Counted from the first letter of the stretch, positions 13,343 through 27,370 are shown. The stretch: DNA of 64,000 nucleotides from Azolla caroliniana (GCA_043228905.1 JBHGNT010000016.1:17422001-17486000), one strand, 5' to 3'. The notes: a model not told the origin generated them from the letters alone. Translations and numbers: made by a program.

Positions 13343-16300
13343 TCACTCCGGCATGGGATGTCTTACTAGTCCGATCTGCTTCCGACATGCATCCAGCTTG
13401 TCGGGTATCAGTACTTTGGTCAGCATATCTGACCTGTTCTCGGCCGTGTGGATCTTCGTCAACGCGAACTCTCGATCTTCTACTCGCTCCCGGATCCAGT
13501 GATACCTACGATGGATGTGCTTTGTCCTGGAATGGTACGCTGCGTTCTTAGCAAGGTGGATGACACTTTGACTGTTGCAATAGAGCCGGTATTCATCTTG
13601 CCGGATACTGAGCTCTCCGATGAAGTCCTTCATCCATAATATTTCCTTGCCGGCTTCCACAACCGCCATGTACCCCACCTCCGTGGTTGACAACGCAACT
13701 GTCTTTTGCAGCCTCGACTGCCACGAAACAGCTCCCCCTGCATATGTCATTACATACCCGGATGTAGACCGGTTGGTATCCACATCAGCCAACATGTCCG
13801 AATCGGCAAAACCATCAAGTTGAGGTTTACCGGAGCCGAATCGGAGACACATATTCGAAGTGCCCTTCAAGTACCGGAGTATCCATTTGACCGCGTTCTA
13901 ATGCTCCTTGCCGGGATTGCTCATAAACCGGCTCACCACTCCGACTGCGTATCCAATATCCGGTTGAGTACACACCATTACATACATTAAGCTCCCGATG
14001 GCAGAAGCATATGGAACCTTCATCATATCTGCCTTCTTTGCTTTCGTCTTCGGGCTTGGCTTACCGGATAATCTACAGTTTGCCGGGAATGTCGATCCAA
14101 CCGGTTTCACTTCTAACATGTTTAACCACTGAAGCACCTTTGTCACGTATTTCTCCTCTGACAACCACAATTGCTCCTTTGACCGGTCCCGGATGATGTG
14201 CATCCCTAGTATCTCTCTTATCGGGCCCAAGTCTTTCATTGCGAAGGTTCGATTGAGAGCCTTCTTCAGCATCCGTATTTTGGCTTGGTCCCGTCCGACG
14301 ATCAACATGTCGTCCACGTATAGAAGGAGTATCAGGAAGTCGCCTCCTTCGAACTTCTTTACAAACACACAGTGATCAGTTTGCGTTTTGTGATACCCTT
14401 AGTTGGTCATGAAGGAGTCAAACTTCCGGTACCATTGTCGGGGAGCCTGCTTCAGTGCGTATAGGCTCTTCTTCAACCGGCAAACAAGGTGCTCCTTCCC
14501 TTTCTCCACGAATCCTTCCGGTTGGTGCATGTAGATCTCCTCTTCGAGGTCACCGTGAAGGAATGCCGTCTCCACGTCCAGCTCCTCTACCTCGAGGTTC
14601 ATGCTTGCCGCTATACTTAGCACCGTTCGGATGGAAGTCATCTTTACTACCGGGGCAAATATCTCGTCGAAGTCCACACCCTTCTTCTGCTGGAACCCCT
14701 TCACCACTATCCTGGCTTTGTATCTCGGGGGTTTGCCGGCATCTCCCGGTTTCAACTTGTACACCCACTTATTTTGGAGTGCCTGCTTTTCTTTTGGCAA
14801 CTCCACCAATTCCTAAGTATGGTTCTCATGCAGGGAATCCATCTCATCCTGCATGGCACTTAACCATTTGCGGCTGTGGGTGTCATCCTTCACTTCTTCG
14901 AAGCTTTCCGGCTCTCCCTCATCGGTTAGCAGCACATGCTCTGCATCTGGAAATCTCCGGGGGGGCCTTCTCTCTCTGAGAGGATATCTCCGTCTTTGGC
15001 CTTCAGCAACCGGCTCCACTATTTGTTCTTCATCCAAATTTGATTCGGGGTCTTGGCCGGTTCCAATTTCAGCTTCCTCTACTTCTTCTTCTGCCGGTTC
15101 GGTATCCTCACCGTAACCGACTAGTTCCTCGAGTGTCAACCATCTCTTAGTCGGGTGGGTTTGAATCTCATTGGAGTTCATTATCTTCTTCTCTGACTCC
15201 TAGTCGGCAAGAGTCTTGTCCTCCATGAAGATAATATCTCAGCTCCGGAAAGCCTTCTTGTCAACCGGATCCCACACTTGGTAGCCGAACTCGTCATTGC
15301 CGTATCCGAGGAATATGCATGGCCGGGTCTTTGGATCCAACTTTCCTCTCCGGTCCTTAGCAACATGCACGTACGTGAGACACCCGAACACCTTCAGATG
15401 CCGGTAGGACACTTCCTTACCGGTCCACACCTTCTGCGGCGTGTCTCCATCCAAGGGCACTGAGGGTGATCTGTTTATCACAGACGTTGCTGTTGATAGC
15501 GGCTCAGCCCAAAACATCTTGGGTAGCTTAGCATGTGCTAGCATACTCTGGACCCTCTCCATTATGGTCCGGTTCATCCTCTCGGCTAGCCCGTTTAGTT
15601 CCGGCGTCTTCGGCACGGTAAAATCGAGCCGGATTCCCTTCGAGCGGCAGTACTCCTCGAACCGCCTTCAGCTTCCGACCGGATTCTCTTTCCACTCTTG
15701 CGTGGAGCTCCTTGAAGATGGATAATACCTGATCCTTCGTCTTCAACGGTTTGGCCCACAGCCTCCTGCTGTGGTCATCTATGAACGTCATGAAGTACTA
15801 CGATCCTACATGTGACTTCGTGTCCACTTGACATACATCAGTATGCACCAACTCCAGTGGTGCATTACGTCTCATCGGTGGCCTCGATCGGAAGGAGGTC
15901 TGGTTTTGTTTACCGGCCAAACAATCAATGCACTTCTCCAAGTGCACGTTCTTCACTGGAATGAGATTGTCGTCTGCAAGCCTCTTCATCCCCTTCTCGC
16001 TCATGTGACACAGCCTCTTGTGCCACAACTCACCGGCAGTGTCGGAAGCCACGTTCACTTCTTCCGGGCATAACCGGGCATTCATCAGGTACAACGTGTT
16101 GACCTTCCGGGCCCGAGCCACAATCAGGCTCCCTTTGCTGAACTTCATAACACCGTTCCGGATGCTACCCGTGTAGCCTTCATCATCTAGCCGACCGGTT
16201 GATATCAGGTTCAGTCGAACCTCCAGAACGTGTCAGACATCCTTCAACAACATCTTGCATCCGGTTGGTGTTGTCAACCACACGTCTCCTATGCCGACAA

Positions 16301-17330
16301 TTCGGCATGTATCCTCATTCCCCATCCGGACACAGCCGTGATCACCGGTTGAGTAGGATGAGAAGCATTTCCGGTCTGGGGTAAGGTGGAACGATGCTTT
16401 GGAATCGACCACCCAGGTCATCTCGTCGCCGGCAAGGTTTAACTCACTCTCCTTGGTGATGAGCATCAACTCTTCTTCACTTGCAGCGATTGCCGTCGTT
16501 CCCTTTCGGTCCGGCCCCCTCCGGTCTTTACCATTTTGGTCTAGTGTCCGCTTCGAATCGGTACTGTCGGTTTCCTTGTCTTTTCAAAAGTGCCGACAGT
16601 TCTTCTGGAAGTGTCCCGGCTTGCCGCAATAGAAGCAAGTAGGCCTCCCTCTTGACTTTGACAGTGTCCCCGACTTTTCCTGGTTTTGGGTACTATGGTT
16701 CCTTTGCCTTCCGCGTTCTGATTCGGTAAGGAGCGATTTTGAGTCGGAGCTCGTATCCTTATCTCTTCGACGCGCCTCCTCATCTAGCAAGCTTGACTTC
16801 ACTCTTGCTAGGGATAACCGTTTCCCTTCCGGCCCGGCGTTGCCCAAAGTGACGACCAATGTCTCCCAGCTATCTGGGAGGGAACCGAGCAGGAGTAGTG
16901 CTAGTACGTCATCGGCGAGAGGTACTTCTAATGATGTTTCCTGGTGTATCAGCCCCTGGAAGGCATTCATGTACTCCGCCATGCTGGAGCCATCTTGGTA
17001 CCGGAGTCTTACTAGCTTCTGAAATACCAAAACCTGATTAACAACATTTTTGTTCTGAAACATAATGCTGATCTTCTCTGAGAGCTCATGAGCCTTGCTC
17101 TCTTCATTGAAGTTGTTGTATAGACTCATGTCGATGAAGCACCATATGTACGCCGTTGTCTTCATGTGCATCACCTCCCATATCGTGGCATCGAATTTGT
17201 CCGGTCTCTTGTCCCCGAATTGAACCGGCAACCAAACATCTTTAACCACGAGCATGTCCCTCATCTTCGACTTCCACACTGAATAGTTGGAGCCAGTGAG
17301 CTTGAACATGCCTCCCAACGAATCGTCCAT
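13343..17330 (-). pseudogene. Copia gag-pol polyprotein with stops and frameshifts
   Basis: CFYCGKPGHFQKNC zinc knuckle, WVVDSKAS protease, LWHKRLCH and ELVHTD integrase, KTPELNGLAERMNRT, YKARIVVKGF and LLLYVDDML RT, RTKHI RNase H. Confidence 0.95.
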
Positions 17331-18428
17331 TTTTCTGTGTCGTTTCGCTCTGATACCAGTTTGAAAGGAATACGGTTTCCTAAGCTATGCTCGGCCACAA
17401 CCGAGACATCGGATCAATCACAGAAAATAAGGATTTGGTGAGATGTCTCTATACACGAAACAGTAAAGAAGAGAGTGCACAAGATGTTAACGTGGAAAAC
17501 CCAAATCTAGGAAAAACCACGACAACCCTTAGATTGCAAAATATCACTATATCAAGATTACAACAATGGGGCACAGAGGCAACGACCTCTTGCTCCCTCG
17601 CTTCGCCACCAGGCGGTTACAACAGAGGCAACAACCTCTTCCTCTCTCTCTCTCTCTTCTCTGTACGCAATTACGCTCTGAATTATCGCCACAACGATAA
17701 TAATACAACCAACTCTACATCATTCACTATTAAGTTTGCCCTAGGTCATATTTATACTAATATGACATTCGGGTAGCCCTCAGACTGCAAAATATCACTA
17801 TATCAGGATTACAACAATGGGGCACAGAGGCAACAACCTCTTGCTCCCTCGCTTCGCCACCAGGCGGTTACAATAGAGGCAACAACCTCTTCCTCTCTCT
17901 CTCTCTTCTCTGTATGCAATTACGCTCTGAATTATCGCCACAACGATAATAATACAACCAATTCTACATCATTCACTATTAAGTTTGCCCTAGGTCATAT
18001 TTATACTAATATGACTTTCGGGCTATTTACAAATATAGCCCCAGTGGGCTCTCTAGAACATATTTACATATATGTCCCTTCCATCCGATGAGAGGTTCTC
18101 ACCGGGCCTGCAACATCCGGTTCTCACCAGGCCTGCAACATCCGGTTCTCACCGGGTCTTCCGTTGCCAGGTACTCGTCATCCGGTTCTCACCAGGTCTT
18201 CCGTTGCCGGGTACTCGACATCCGGTTCTTACCAGGTCTTTCGTTGTCGGGAACTCGTCATCCGGTTCTCACTGGGTCTTTCGTTGCCGGGTACTCCACA
18301 TCCGATTTCGGCGGAGGTCGATACTCATCGTCCGAGTTGCTCATCAACACTGTTCTTCTCACTTCCCATCCGGAGGGACTTGTTTCCTAACATTAACTCC
18401 ATCAATACATAGATCCTACACATCGATT

Positions 18429-18503
18429 TGGCGCCGCTGCTAGGGAACGAACCCGGGTCACTCGCGTGACAGGCGGGAATACTCACCACTATATTACAAC
18501 GAC
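18429..18503 (-). tRNA. tRNA-Asp(GTC) retrocopy including 3' CCA, occupying the PBS (probably not a functional gene)
   Basis: Reverse complement GTCGTTGTAATATAGTGGTGAGTATTCCCGCCTGTCACGCGAGTGACCCGGGTTCGTTCCCTAGCAGCGGCGCCA, 75 nt, matches plant cytosolic tRNA-Asp with a few substitutions. Confidence 0.9.
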
Positions 18504-18600
18504 AGGATGTCCACTCGAGATCGCCAGGATGTCCGCTCGAGATCATTAGCGATCAAGGCTCTCATTTTCTCAACAAAGTGATTGCACACCTACTAGGCGT

Positions 18601-21600
18601 TGTCGTGTTGTTCCGCTTTCACGTAGGAAATAAGGCGGGACCGTGGGGGCCTTGAACCGAGGAGCAAGAGCGAGAAGAAGGCGGAGCGGGAGAAGAGTGC
18701 AAGCGTAGGGCCGGTTAGGCCCGTTTGCAACTGACAGCGCTTGCCGGCTGAATGAACCACTAATGCGTATGTGAACATGATGCACACTCCCATAAAAGAG
18801 AGACTCACAGAAACACAGAGAGAGGGAAACAAGAGATTCAATTCCAATAACAATAAAGGTTATAGTGTTTGCAAGATTACAGTCGGATAGCCGGCGACAG
18901 ACCCAACCCAGACAATCACGCACCCACGCACACACACAGTAGAGCCTTTGCCGGAAAGCACACGGGCTTTCCTCGAAGTAGAGGGAACCAACTCACAAAA
19001 CCTGTAGAAAACAACCATAGAGGAGGAGAGAGCTCGGTTCCCAGTCTGACAACACCTCGTCCTCGCCAAAATGTGATACCCCTTTTTAGTCTCCTCCCCT
19101 TCCCTTTGTAGGCCGCCGGGGAGGGACCGTTACATCCTAGTCACATCACTTTTATTCTCTGTCCCTTCGGACAGAGATCCGCTTCGATTTACTAGCCTAT
19201 TAATATATTCTCCCTAGGATATACACATCATGCCGGCCTATTGCTAGGTATTCATAGTGTGTTGGTTTGAGTGCACACGCGTAAGTGCCGTTTCACGCGC
19301 CGAATTCCATGATTCCACCTAGGGCCGGTTTTCTCTACGACATCCACCCCCACCAAACTTTGCATCCTCTGGCATGCACCAGAGAGGGACAAGTGCTTGA
19401 GAAACCCAACTCGTATTCACATGTCGGTCTCCGAAATTTCACCCGCTCCGAACTGGTTGTCATTGACGTCCTCGCTTCCCGGGTCTGGCTCGTCTTCATG
19501 CCGCTTCTTGAAAACATTGATCCTCTTCCCGGTTACCGGCACTGCTATTCGGGTCCCGTCGAGCTCTGCAAGGTGGTAAGTACCGTTGTAATTTGCGCTC
19601 GTTACGGTGTAGGGCCTGAACCACCTCCTCACAAAATTCAGCGTCGCCTTGTGTTGATTGTCGATGCTGATGTAATAAACCAACACCCAATCGCCATCCT
19701 CGATCTTCTTCGGTCGTAGCCGGTGCGTTCGGTCGAACCGGCCCTTGTTCCTCGCCCTCGCGGCATGCAGCTTCGCCTTAGCCCGTTCCACGTCCTCCGG
19801 TCTTCGCTCGAGTTGTCGAATCCGTGCTGCCAACAACTCCTCCCAGCTCACCTCGTCCTTCCAGTCCACCGCGGCCCAGGAAGAAATCGTCCGCTCCACC
19901 GGCATGATCGTCTTGTACCTATACATCAGCTCTGCCAACATGAACCCCGTCACCGAATTGTGCGTAGTTCGGTCTGCCCATGGTGCGTAAGGTAGGAGCC
20001 GCGGCCAACTCCCAACTTGACCTTCACACGCGCATATTAATGCCTTCACGATCAGCCCGTGCCCGCGCTCTACCTTCCCGTTAGCCTTCGGGTTGTACGC
20101 CGTAGTGAGGGAGAGCTTAAGCCCTAATTTGTTGAACAACTCTTCGGCTTCCTGCGCATCCAGCTCTCCCCGGTCAGCTACTATCTTTCGTACGCACCCG
20201 TACATGCATACCACCTCTTCGATCAAGAACTGGCACACGACGGCGTCGTCTTGTTCTGTAGGGTGTGGCCCTCCACTTGATTCGTCAAGTCCTCCCGCGC
20301 AAGCACTAGGTACCGCATCTGCCCTACCCCCATCGGCATCGTCACTAAGTCTACCATCCACTTGAAATGAACGGTCGGTGGGTAGGTTGGGTGCAGCTCG
20401 TCTCGATGTCGTCTTGTTCTGTAGGGCGCGACCCTCCACCTGATTCGTAAAGTCCTCCTGTGCAAGCACTAGGTACCACATCTGCCCTACCCTCATTGGC
20501 ATCGTCACTTAGTCTACCATCCACTTGAAATGAATGGTCGGTGGGTAGGTTGGGTGCAACTCGTCTCGATGTCGGATCGCGGAGTGCATCTAATAGTTTT
20601 CGCATGTTGTTACGAATCGGTGCACGTCCCGGTACAACCCCGACCACCAATACTTCTCCTTCAGCTTCTCGAACGTGCCCCATGTCCCGCAATGTCCGGC
20701 CCAAGGACTCGCGTAGTATGCTGCTAGGAACCCCTCTCGCTCTGCCTTTCCTGCCACTACGTGGAGTGGGACGCCGCCTCTCTTCTTCGGGTGCCTCCAT
20801 ATGCTCCCGACCCGCAGGAAGAAACGGTACGCCTTCTTCTGCATCCGGCTAGCCTCTTCCATTGTCCATGCCGCATCCGACGCCATCGTTTTTAGGAACC
20901 TGCCGATCTGGAGCCACTCCCCATTGTACTCCCCCTCGTTGAACTCGTTAAGTGCCGGAGTGCTCCCCGCGCTTGTCGTCACATAAGTCGACTTGAAGAA
21001 ATCTATGCCGACTTCTTTGTTCTCCAAAACCATGCCGTCCTCATCGTCGAACCGTGCTCTAGAAAGCATGTCGGCCATGGCATTGTCTTTACCGGAGATG
21101 TGCCGTATCTCTAGGTTTAGAGACTTAATGTACGCAATGCACCTGAGCATTGCTAGGTTCGGCGTCGTGCATTTGGAAACCATACCAAGGATCGGTAGGC
21201 AGTCCATCTCGATTATCACCTTCGTCCCGATCAAGTAGTATTTATCGGCCTTGACTGCCAAAACGATACCCCAGAGTTTGCGTTTAACTTGGGCGTATCC
21301 TCGCTGTCGCTCACTCAACACCTTCGCTCCAAACCGGATGGGGAACCTCGTGCGGGTTTCGTCCTCCTGGTTGACCACCCATCCTATCCCGGTCGGGCTC
21401 GTGTCTACCGTAATGTAAATTGGGACGTCCTTGCCGTAAACCGCTTTCCGGAGTGCTGGTGCCGCAGTCAACACCTCCTTCAGTCTTCGAACCGACTCTA
21501 CCTGCTCGTCGTCCTACTCGAATTTACGTCCCCTTTTCAGCAACCCGTAAAGGGCTCTGCGATGTGTACGTAATGGAGAATCCAGATATGGTAGAACGTG

Positions 21601-24600
21601 CACGCGCCTAGGAACCTCCGCACCTCTGTAACCGACTTGCATTCTTCCTTCATTGCGGAGATGGCTTCTACCTTTCTTGGAGACGGCTTCTGGCCATAAG
21701 GTCCGCACAAGTGCCTGAACACTAGGATCTCCAACTGCCCGAAAGCCGATTTCTCTCCGGAGAAGGTGAGCCGCGTGTCCTCAAGTCTTTGAAGCACCTT
21801 CTCGTAGTCGCCGATGTGGTCCACTACGAATCTTCGACATCCGTCTAGCCCAGCCATTTCGTCCTTCTCTCCCACCGGACACCCCTCTATCGGGATGTCA
21901 TCCAAGAATGGCATGGTGATGTCCAAGATGCAGTCCCTCAACACGTTGTTAATTGCGTTCACCATGTGTGCCACTGAGTTGGTCCCTCCTTGCAGCAGGG
22001 TACACATCCGTACTAGCTAGAGAGGAGTCCACATTGTCGTAATATCCCAGCTCTCCACGACTAGTTGAAACTGATCGTACCCCGAGTACAGATCACTGAC
22101 CAAGTAAATCGACCTTCCGACGAAGGCCTCCGCGAACTCATAAAGGGTCAGTCTGATTCCTACGTTTCGAATGGTCACTTTATTGACCGACTGCAGGTCT
22201 TGAATGAAGCGCAACGTGCCGTTCTTCTTCCGCACGGTAAACCACCGATTCGAATATGGGGCACTTGATGGCTCTAGGATGCCCATCTCCACCTTCTGCT
22301 TCAGCAGCTCCATCAACATCGGGATGTGAGCTCATGGAGTACCGTGAAGATCACCATTGGTTCCACCATCATCGGGTTTACGCACCCGATCTCCCCCGAC
22401 GCGAATGCGGAGGCCTTCCCGTGCCTTCTGAGCATTCTTTGAAACCTGTCCTCCTTCGCCGGTAGTAGGAAGCCACCCCCACTGACCTTGAGCTCCCGTA
22501 GCATTATGTCGGTGAACCGGTGTCGCAAAAATACGACGAGGATACGCGAACTTGACGCAGGACCCTGGGGCCTCCGATCAGAGGATAATCACATTCGTGC
22601 ATTTATATTTTTTAACAATTAATGGAAAGAAGAAATTTAATAATTTTCATTAACAAAGGAAAAAGAAATTACAATATGTCCCAAGATTGGGATTTAGAAG
22701 TTTTAGGTTTACTAAGATTAATAGAAAAGAAAAATTAGGGGTTTTGAGAGATATGGCTTCGTAGGGAAAATTAGGATTAGGTTATATGAGTATTATGGGT
22801 TCCGTAGGGAAGATTAGGGTTTTTGAATGTTATGGCTTCCGTAGGGAATTTTAGGGTTTATGAGAGTTATGGCTTCCCGAAGATAAGGGAGTTGAGAAGG
22901 AAAAGAAAATTAATGGAGAGAGAATGAGTGTAAAAAAATGGAATTTTATATGGAGTTTTCCCTTGATCATCTGCATGTCCACTTTTTGTTGCATGGCCTC
23001 TCTACTTTTAGTTGCTTAACTTTTTCTTATAGTTGCATGCCTTTTTCTTTTAGTTGCATGCGACCGTCCACATGACCTTTACTTTTTGCATGCACTCCAA
23101 CTTTAGTTGCTTGCATGACCCAATCTTCTGTCTGTCCATGTCCAACCTCGTTCGGTAGCCGGTTCCGCCCGATCACCGAATCCCTCACTGGCCGGTTCTA
23201 GTTTGCTTGCCGACCGGTTCCGGTTCTGGTTTTTCTTACCGACCAGTTTCCGGTTTTGCTTACCAGCCAGTTTCCGGTTTCCGGATTTGCTTACCGACCG
23301 GTTTCCGGTTTGCATACCGTCCGGTTTCTGGATTTGCATACCGGCCGGTTTCTGGATTTGCTTACCGACTGGTTTCCGGTTTTTGGGAACTTGGCCACGA
23401 TCATCCATAAAGACAAAGTGGCCAAAGTGCTCTTACCGCAAATTAAAAAATGAGGGAGCTCAAGGTGCTTATATTGCCAGGGCCATAAGTTTCCTATCTA
23501 TGTGGGATAGTTCTAATTTCCCTATCTTCTCAAACTTCATTTTCACATAACTTGATATGTATTTCTCCATTTTGTATATAGTAAAATACATTTTGAAGCT
23601 CTTGAGTATATCCATATTTCTATAGTAAGCTACTAATCTAATCTAAAATACTTATTTCATTTTTTTTTTACAGTGTGTGAAGATTCACACGACACCGGTG
23701 TCCTATGCCGGACGGATTCCGTAAACTTGGGTCCGACGCGACCCCCTTTCTCTGCTCCCCGCTGCCCTCCGGCAAGAGAACCACGACTGGCCTTACCTTC
23801 CGGTCCATAGTCTTGTATTTTGTATCTACGCAGGCCGTCTGATCAGACCTGACCCTTTCCCCGAAGTCGGTAATGACTTCGTACATCTCCACCGAGTTGA
23901 CCGGAATCACTCAGTCTTCACTGAGGCCTTCATCAATCACCTTTCCCATTTCCCTCAAGTTGTCGTCGAGAGAGACTACGTCCACAGTGCTTCTAATTTC
24001 TTCGTCGGGACGGAGGACTCTGCACTCTCTGAAACGTTCCTTAGCTCTCTTCTTCTCCCGGCCACCGATGCTGGCTTTATTCCTCTTCGGCATGACCTGG
24101 GTCTTGTACCGATTTGGGGGTGCGGTTCCACCGGCCTTCCCTGCCTTCTTGTCATCCACCAGAACCTCGTAGTTCTGGCACGCGGCCTGCATGAAGTTGG
24201 TCTTCTGCTCTACCGGGTCGTCTCACCCGGTCACCTCTCGAATCCACTTCTCCGCACGGTCCGCTTCTTCCTTCCCCAGCCGTACGCCGATGAGGCCTTC
24301 TAGCACCAAGGGCCAGAACCCAAAGTCTTTCGTTTTCCGGTCTTCGTTACCTCCTACCCAGATTTTGGCCGATGCCGAATAATGGACAACCTTTGCATGG
24401 CGCACCGCCGCTTCTTCCATTAATCGCTTCATCCTACCGCGCCGAAATTTGTCTCCACGGCTCTCCGGGTATCACCAGCGTGCACCCGTCCATTCCACAG
24501 GTACACCACATTACCCCTGAGTGCCTCGACTAACTCCACGTAGTCTCGTCAGCTGTGTCCGATTGCGTCGCACCACATACACTGTTGTCCAACCGGTGGC

Positions 24601-26150
24601 GTCCAGTCGCGTGGCTGCCCTCCATTGTCTCTCCGGGCTTGCACGATCTGTAGGTTGCACACCAGTTGTGTCAGATCCTCAAGAGCCGCTCCTCCAGATG
24701 GGCCCTTGACCGCGTCGGTCGATGCTGAGCCCGTCTCACGCCAATTCCGGATTTCATCTTTTCGTGCCGGTGAAGGCTCATCGAACTTCCTTGCCGAGAC
24801 GGGTCTCGCCGCCGACGATCCCTCTTCGCCCCCCTCACGCCGCTTGTAGAAACGGCTGCAGACTCTTTTGACCGTGGCCCAGTCGGTCGTTAGCCCATCT
24901 TCTGTCTCCAGCTGGAGACCCACTTGATCCCAATCCCGCACGTCCACCGCTTTGATAAACAACAAGACACGACTCGTGTCTGCATGGTCCTGTCTAGTGC
25001 CGAGAGCCGTGCAAAGTGTTCTTCGAACTCCCGGACGAGCGCCGACGCGTTCCTCCCCTTTCCGGGGGTCTCCACCTACTCCATGAAGTCCCGGTTCGAT
25101 AACCGAAGCACGTCATCAAGACCGTACCTTTCGAGGAGTCATGCTTTGAATTCTCCCCAGGTTCGGCATCCAACTTGTACCTCGAGCACCTCTGCGTAGA
25201 TGCCCGGTGTCACCACCCGAGCGAACCCAGCCATACGCCTATCCTCTGGAATGTCCCTCATCACCATCTCGGCTCGGTAGGTCTCCAAATAGCTTGTGGC
25301 GTCCTTCCCACTGAATCGGCCTATTGTGCTGATAATTGCTTCAATGGCCTTGTTGAGGGCGCCCGTGCCCTCACGAGCACTTACTATCCGATCGACTGTT
25401 GCTGCCATGGCTTCGGCGAGCTCTGATCCCCTCATCTTCGACTCCTCTACCGCCTTGTTTCACGTCGGGTTCACCAAATAATGTCGTGTTGTTCCGCTTT
25501 CGCATAGTAAATAAGGCGGGACCGCGGGGGCCCTGAACCGAGGAGCAAGAGATACGCATCTGAACCACTGATGCGTATATGAACAAGATGCACACTCGCG
25601 TAAAAGAGAGACTCACAGAAACATAGAGAGAGGGAAACAAGAGATTCGATTCCAATAACAGTAGAGGTTACAATGTTTGCAAGCTTACAACCAGATAGCC
25701 GGCGACAGACCCAACCCAGACAATCACGCACCCACGCACACACACAATAGAGCCTTTGCCAGAAAGCACACGGGCTTTCCACGTAGCAGAGGCAACCAAC
25801 TCACAAAACCTGCAGAAAATAACGATAGAGGAGGAGAGAGCTTGGTTCCCAGTCTGACAACACCTCGTCCTCGCCAAAACATGATACCCCTTTTTAGTCT
25901 CCTCCCCTTCTCTTTATAGGCCAGCAGGGAGGGACCGTTACATCTTGGTCACATCATTTTTATTCTCTGTCCCTTCGGATAGAGATCCACTTCGATTTAC
26001 TAGCCTATTCATATATTCTCCCTAGGATATACACATCACTCCGGCCTATTCCTAGTTATGTATAGTGTGTTGGTTTGAGTGCACACGTGTAAGTGCCATT
26101 TCTCGCGCCGAATTCCATGATTCCACCTAAGGCCGGTTTTCTCCACGACA
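18601..26150 (-). mobile_element. Full-length Trp-primed Ty3/Gypsy LTR retrotransposon (moss non-chromovirus type), degenerate
   Basis: LTRs 18601-19342 and 25482-26150 (TGTCGTG...CGACA). PBS TGGTGAACCCGACGTGA (tRNA-Trp) at about 25459-25476; PPT next to 19343; 4-bp TSD GCGT/ACGT. gag, RT (FLDDI), RH (VDTSPTGIG) and IN (IVADRGE) fragments, with a ~165-bp tandem duplication at about 20245-20575. Confidence 0.93.
22521..23694. mobile_element. Solo LTR (Gypsy type) with internal tandem repeats
   Basis: TGTCG...CGACA termini and perfect 4-bp TSD CCGG. It interrupts the pol of the element at 18601-26150. Confidence 0.9.
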
Positions 26151-26198
26151 ACGTGTTCATGGTGACGCACAGCAAGAGCTCACCCTATTACCCACTGT

Positions 26199-26789
26199 CC
26201 AAATAGATTTGTAGGATCTATGTATCGATGGAGTTAACTCCTCGATGTCGTTTGCGGAATTCGAACCGTTGTATACCCTTTTGATGGCGAATCGGCGGAG
26301 ATGGTTGTCGGACACCTCCGAGCGTCACACTCACTTAACGATTAATAGATGATTAAGCACGATATCTCTCTCACTCTCTCAAGCTCGCTCTCATAGACAA
26401 TAGGGTAATGAATATAGACAATAAGAGTAATGAATATGTTTATTAACCCTCTTTGCTAAGAGGTCTAGCACCAACAAGGAAGAGAGATTGTGTTCTCTAA
26501 CTAAACACTTCATTAATCTCTCTTAAGCTTAAAGGTTACATGAAGGAGGAGAGGAAGCTCTAGCACTTAATCAATAGGGAGATCTTTACCAATGGAAGAA
26601 CCCTTACAAAGCCACTACTATGTGGTTTATATAACATTCACGTTTAGGGTATGGACCTTTCACACTTGGACGTCCCTTAGCCTCTTTTTCTCTTGCCGTT
26701 TCCTCTTCGTAGGTCCTTCAACACATACTACGTCCCTGTTGATGCACTCTTATTCATGATTGGTTGTGGTGCAATCCAAGCGCTTAACA
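26199..26789 (-). repeat. Athila-like LTR copy 2 (3'-type, PPT-adjacent)
   Basis: Reverse complement of copy 1. Preceded on the minus strand by PPT GGGTTGGGGGGGA and ~370 bp (26790-27163) that is an inverted copy of about 32063-32464. Confidence 0.9.
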
Positions 26790-27339
26790 TCCCCCCCAAC
26801 CCAATGAGTACACACCTCCGTGTGCACTATGGGAGGGGAGCTTTGGGCGTCGGGGGCGAGAAGGATGGAGTAGGGGGGTTCCGCGTGGGGTGGGTGGGTC
26901 AAAGATGATGGCGAAGACGGTGGATGTTCAGTGGTCGGTTGTCATGAAGAAGTCCTTGGGGTCGGTGAGCCATGTGCATGTGTTGTGGCCGGCGAAGGGA
27001 GAGTGGGGGTTTCTACCAAAACTTATGTAAGCAAGAAAGAAACGTGTGTCGATCATGGTTTCAAAATCCCGTTTGTACAGGTGGCGGGAAGCACGTTGAC
27101 GCGGGTCTAGAGGCCGACCAGTTGACGACATGTTGGGTCTTTATTCAAATCAAAGGTAAGGCCTTTTTTATTTTTTATTTTTGTTATTATTATTATTATT
27201 CTTCCTTTTTATTTTTATCTATGGCAGTCTCGGTGGTTTTAGCCCTTGGTTGCATTGTATTTCCTTGTTTGATTTTGTTTTCGATGGTCATTTCTCTATC
27301 AACATCTCGGGTTGTTTTTTTTTGGCTTTTGTGTTTTTC

Positions 27340-27370
<31 letters not shown>

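Larger units (their letters stand above)
12537..18392 (-). mobile_element. Full-length Ty1/Copia LTR retrotransposon (Tnt1/Tork-like), degenerate
   Basis: LTRs 12537-13332 and 17362-18392 (TG...CA). TSD TTAAT/TTAAC. tRNA-Met PBS (TGGTATCAGAGC) at 17347-17358 and PPT next to 13333. Domain order gag-PR-IN-RT-RH. Confidence 0.95.
11991..18422 (+). repeat. Athila-like LTR copy 1 (11991-12536 plus 18393-18422), split by the Copia insertion
   Basis: Matches copies at 26199-26789, 32465-32758 and 53802-54379. Followed by a short spacer and PBS TGGCGCCG. Confidence 0.9.

Noticed and set aside
12562-13551. Plus-strand ORFs in the Copia LTR (also 17387-18443)
   Set aside because: Antisense frames kept open by tandem repeats; no recognisable domain.
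18429-18503. Functional tRNA-Asp gene
   Set aside because: Encoded CCA, T-loop A58>T, stem mismatches and exact PBS position indicate a retrocopy.
22680-22860. TTAGGG(TTT) telomere-like motifs
   Set aside because: Scattered units inside a solo-LTR repeat, not a tandem telomeric tract.
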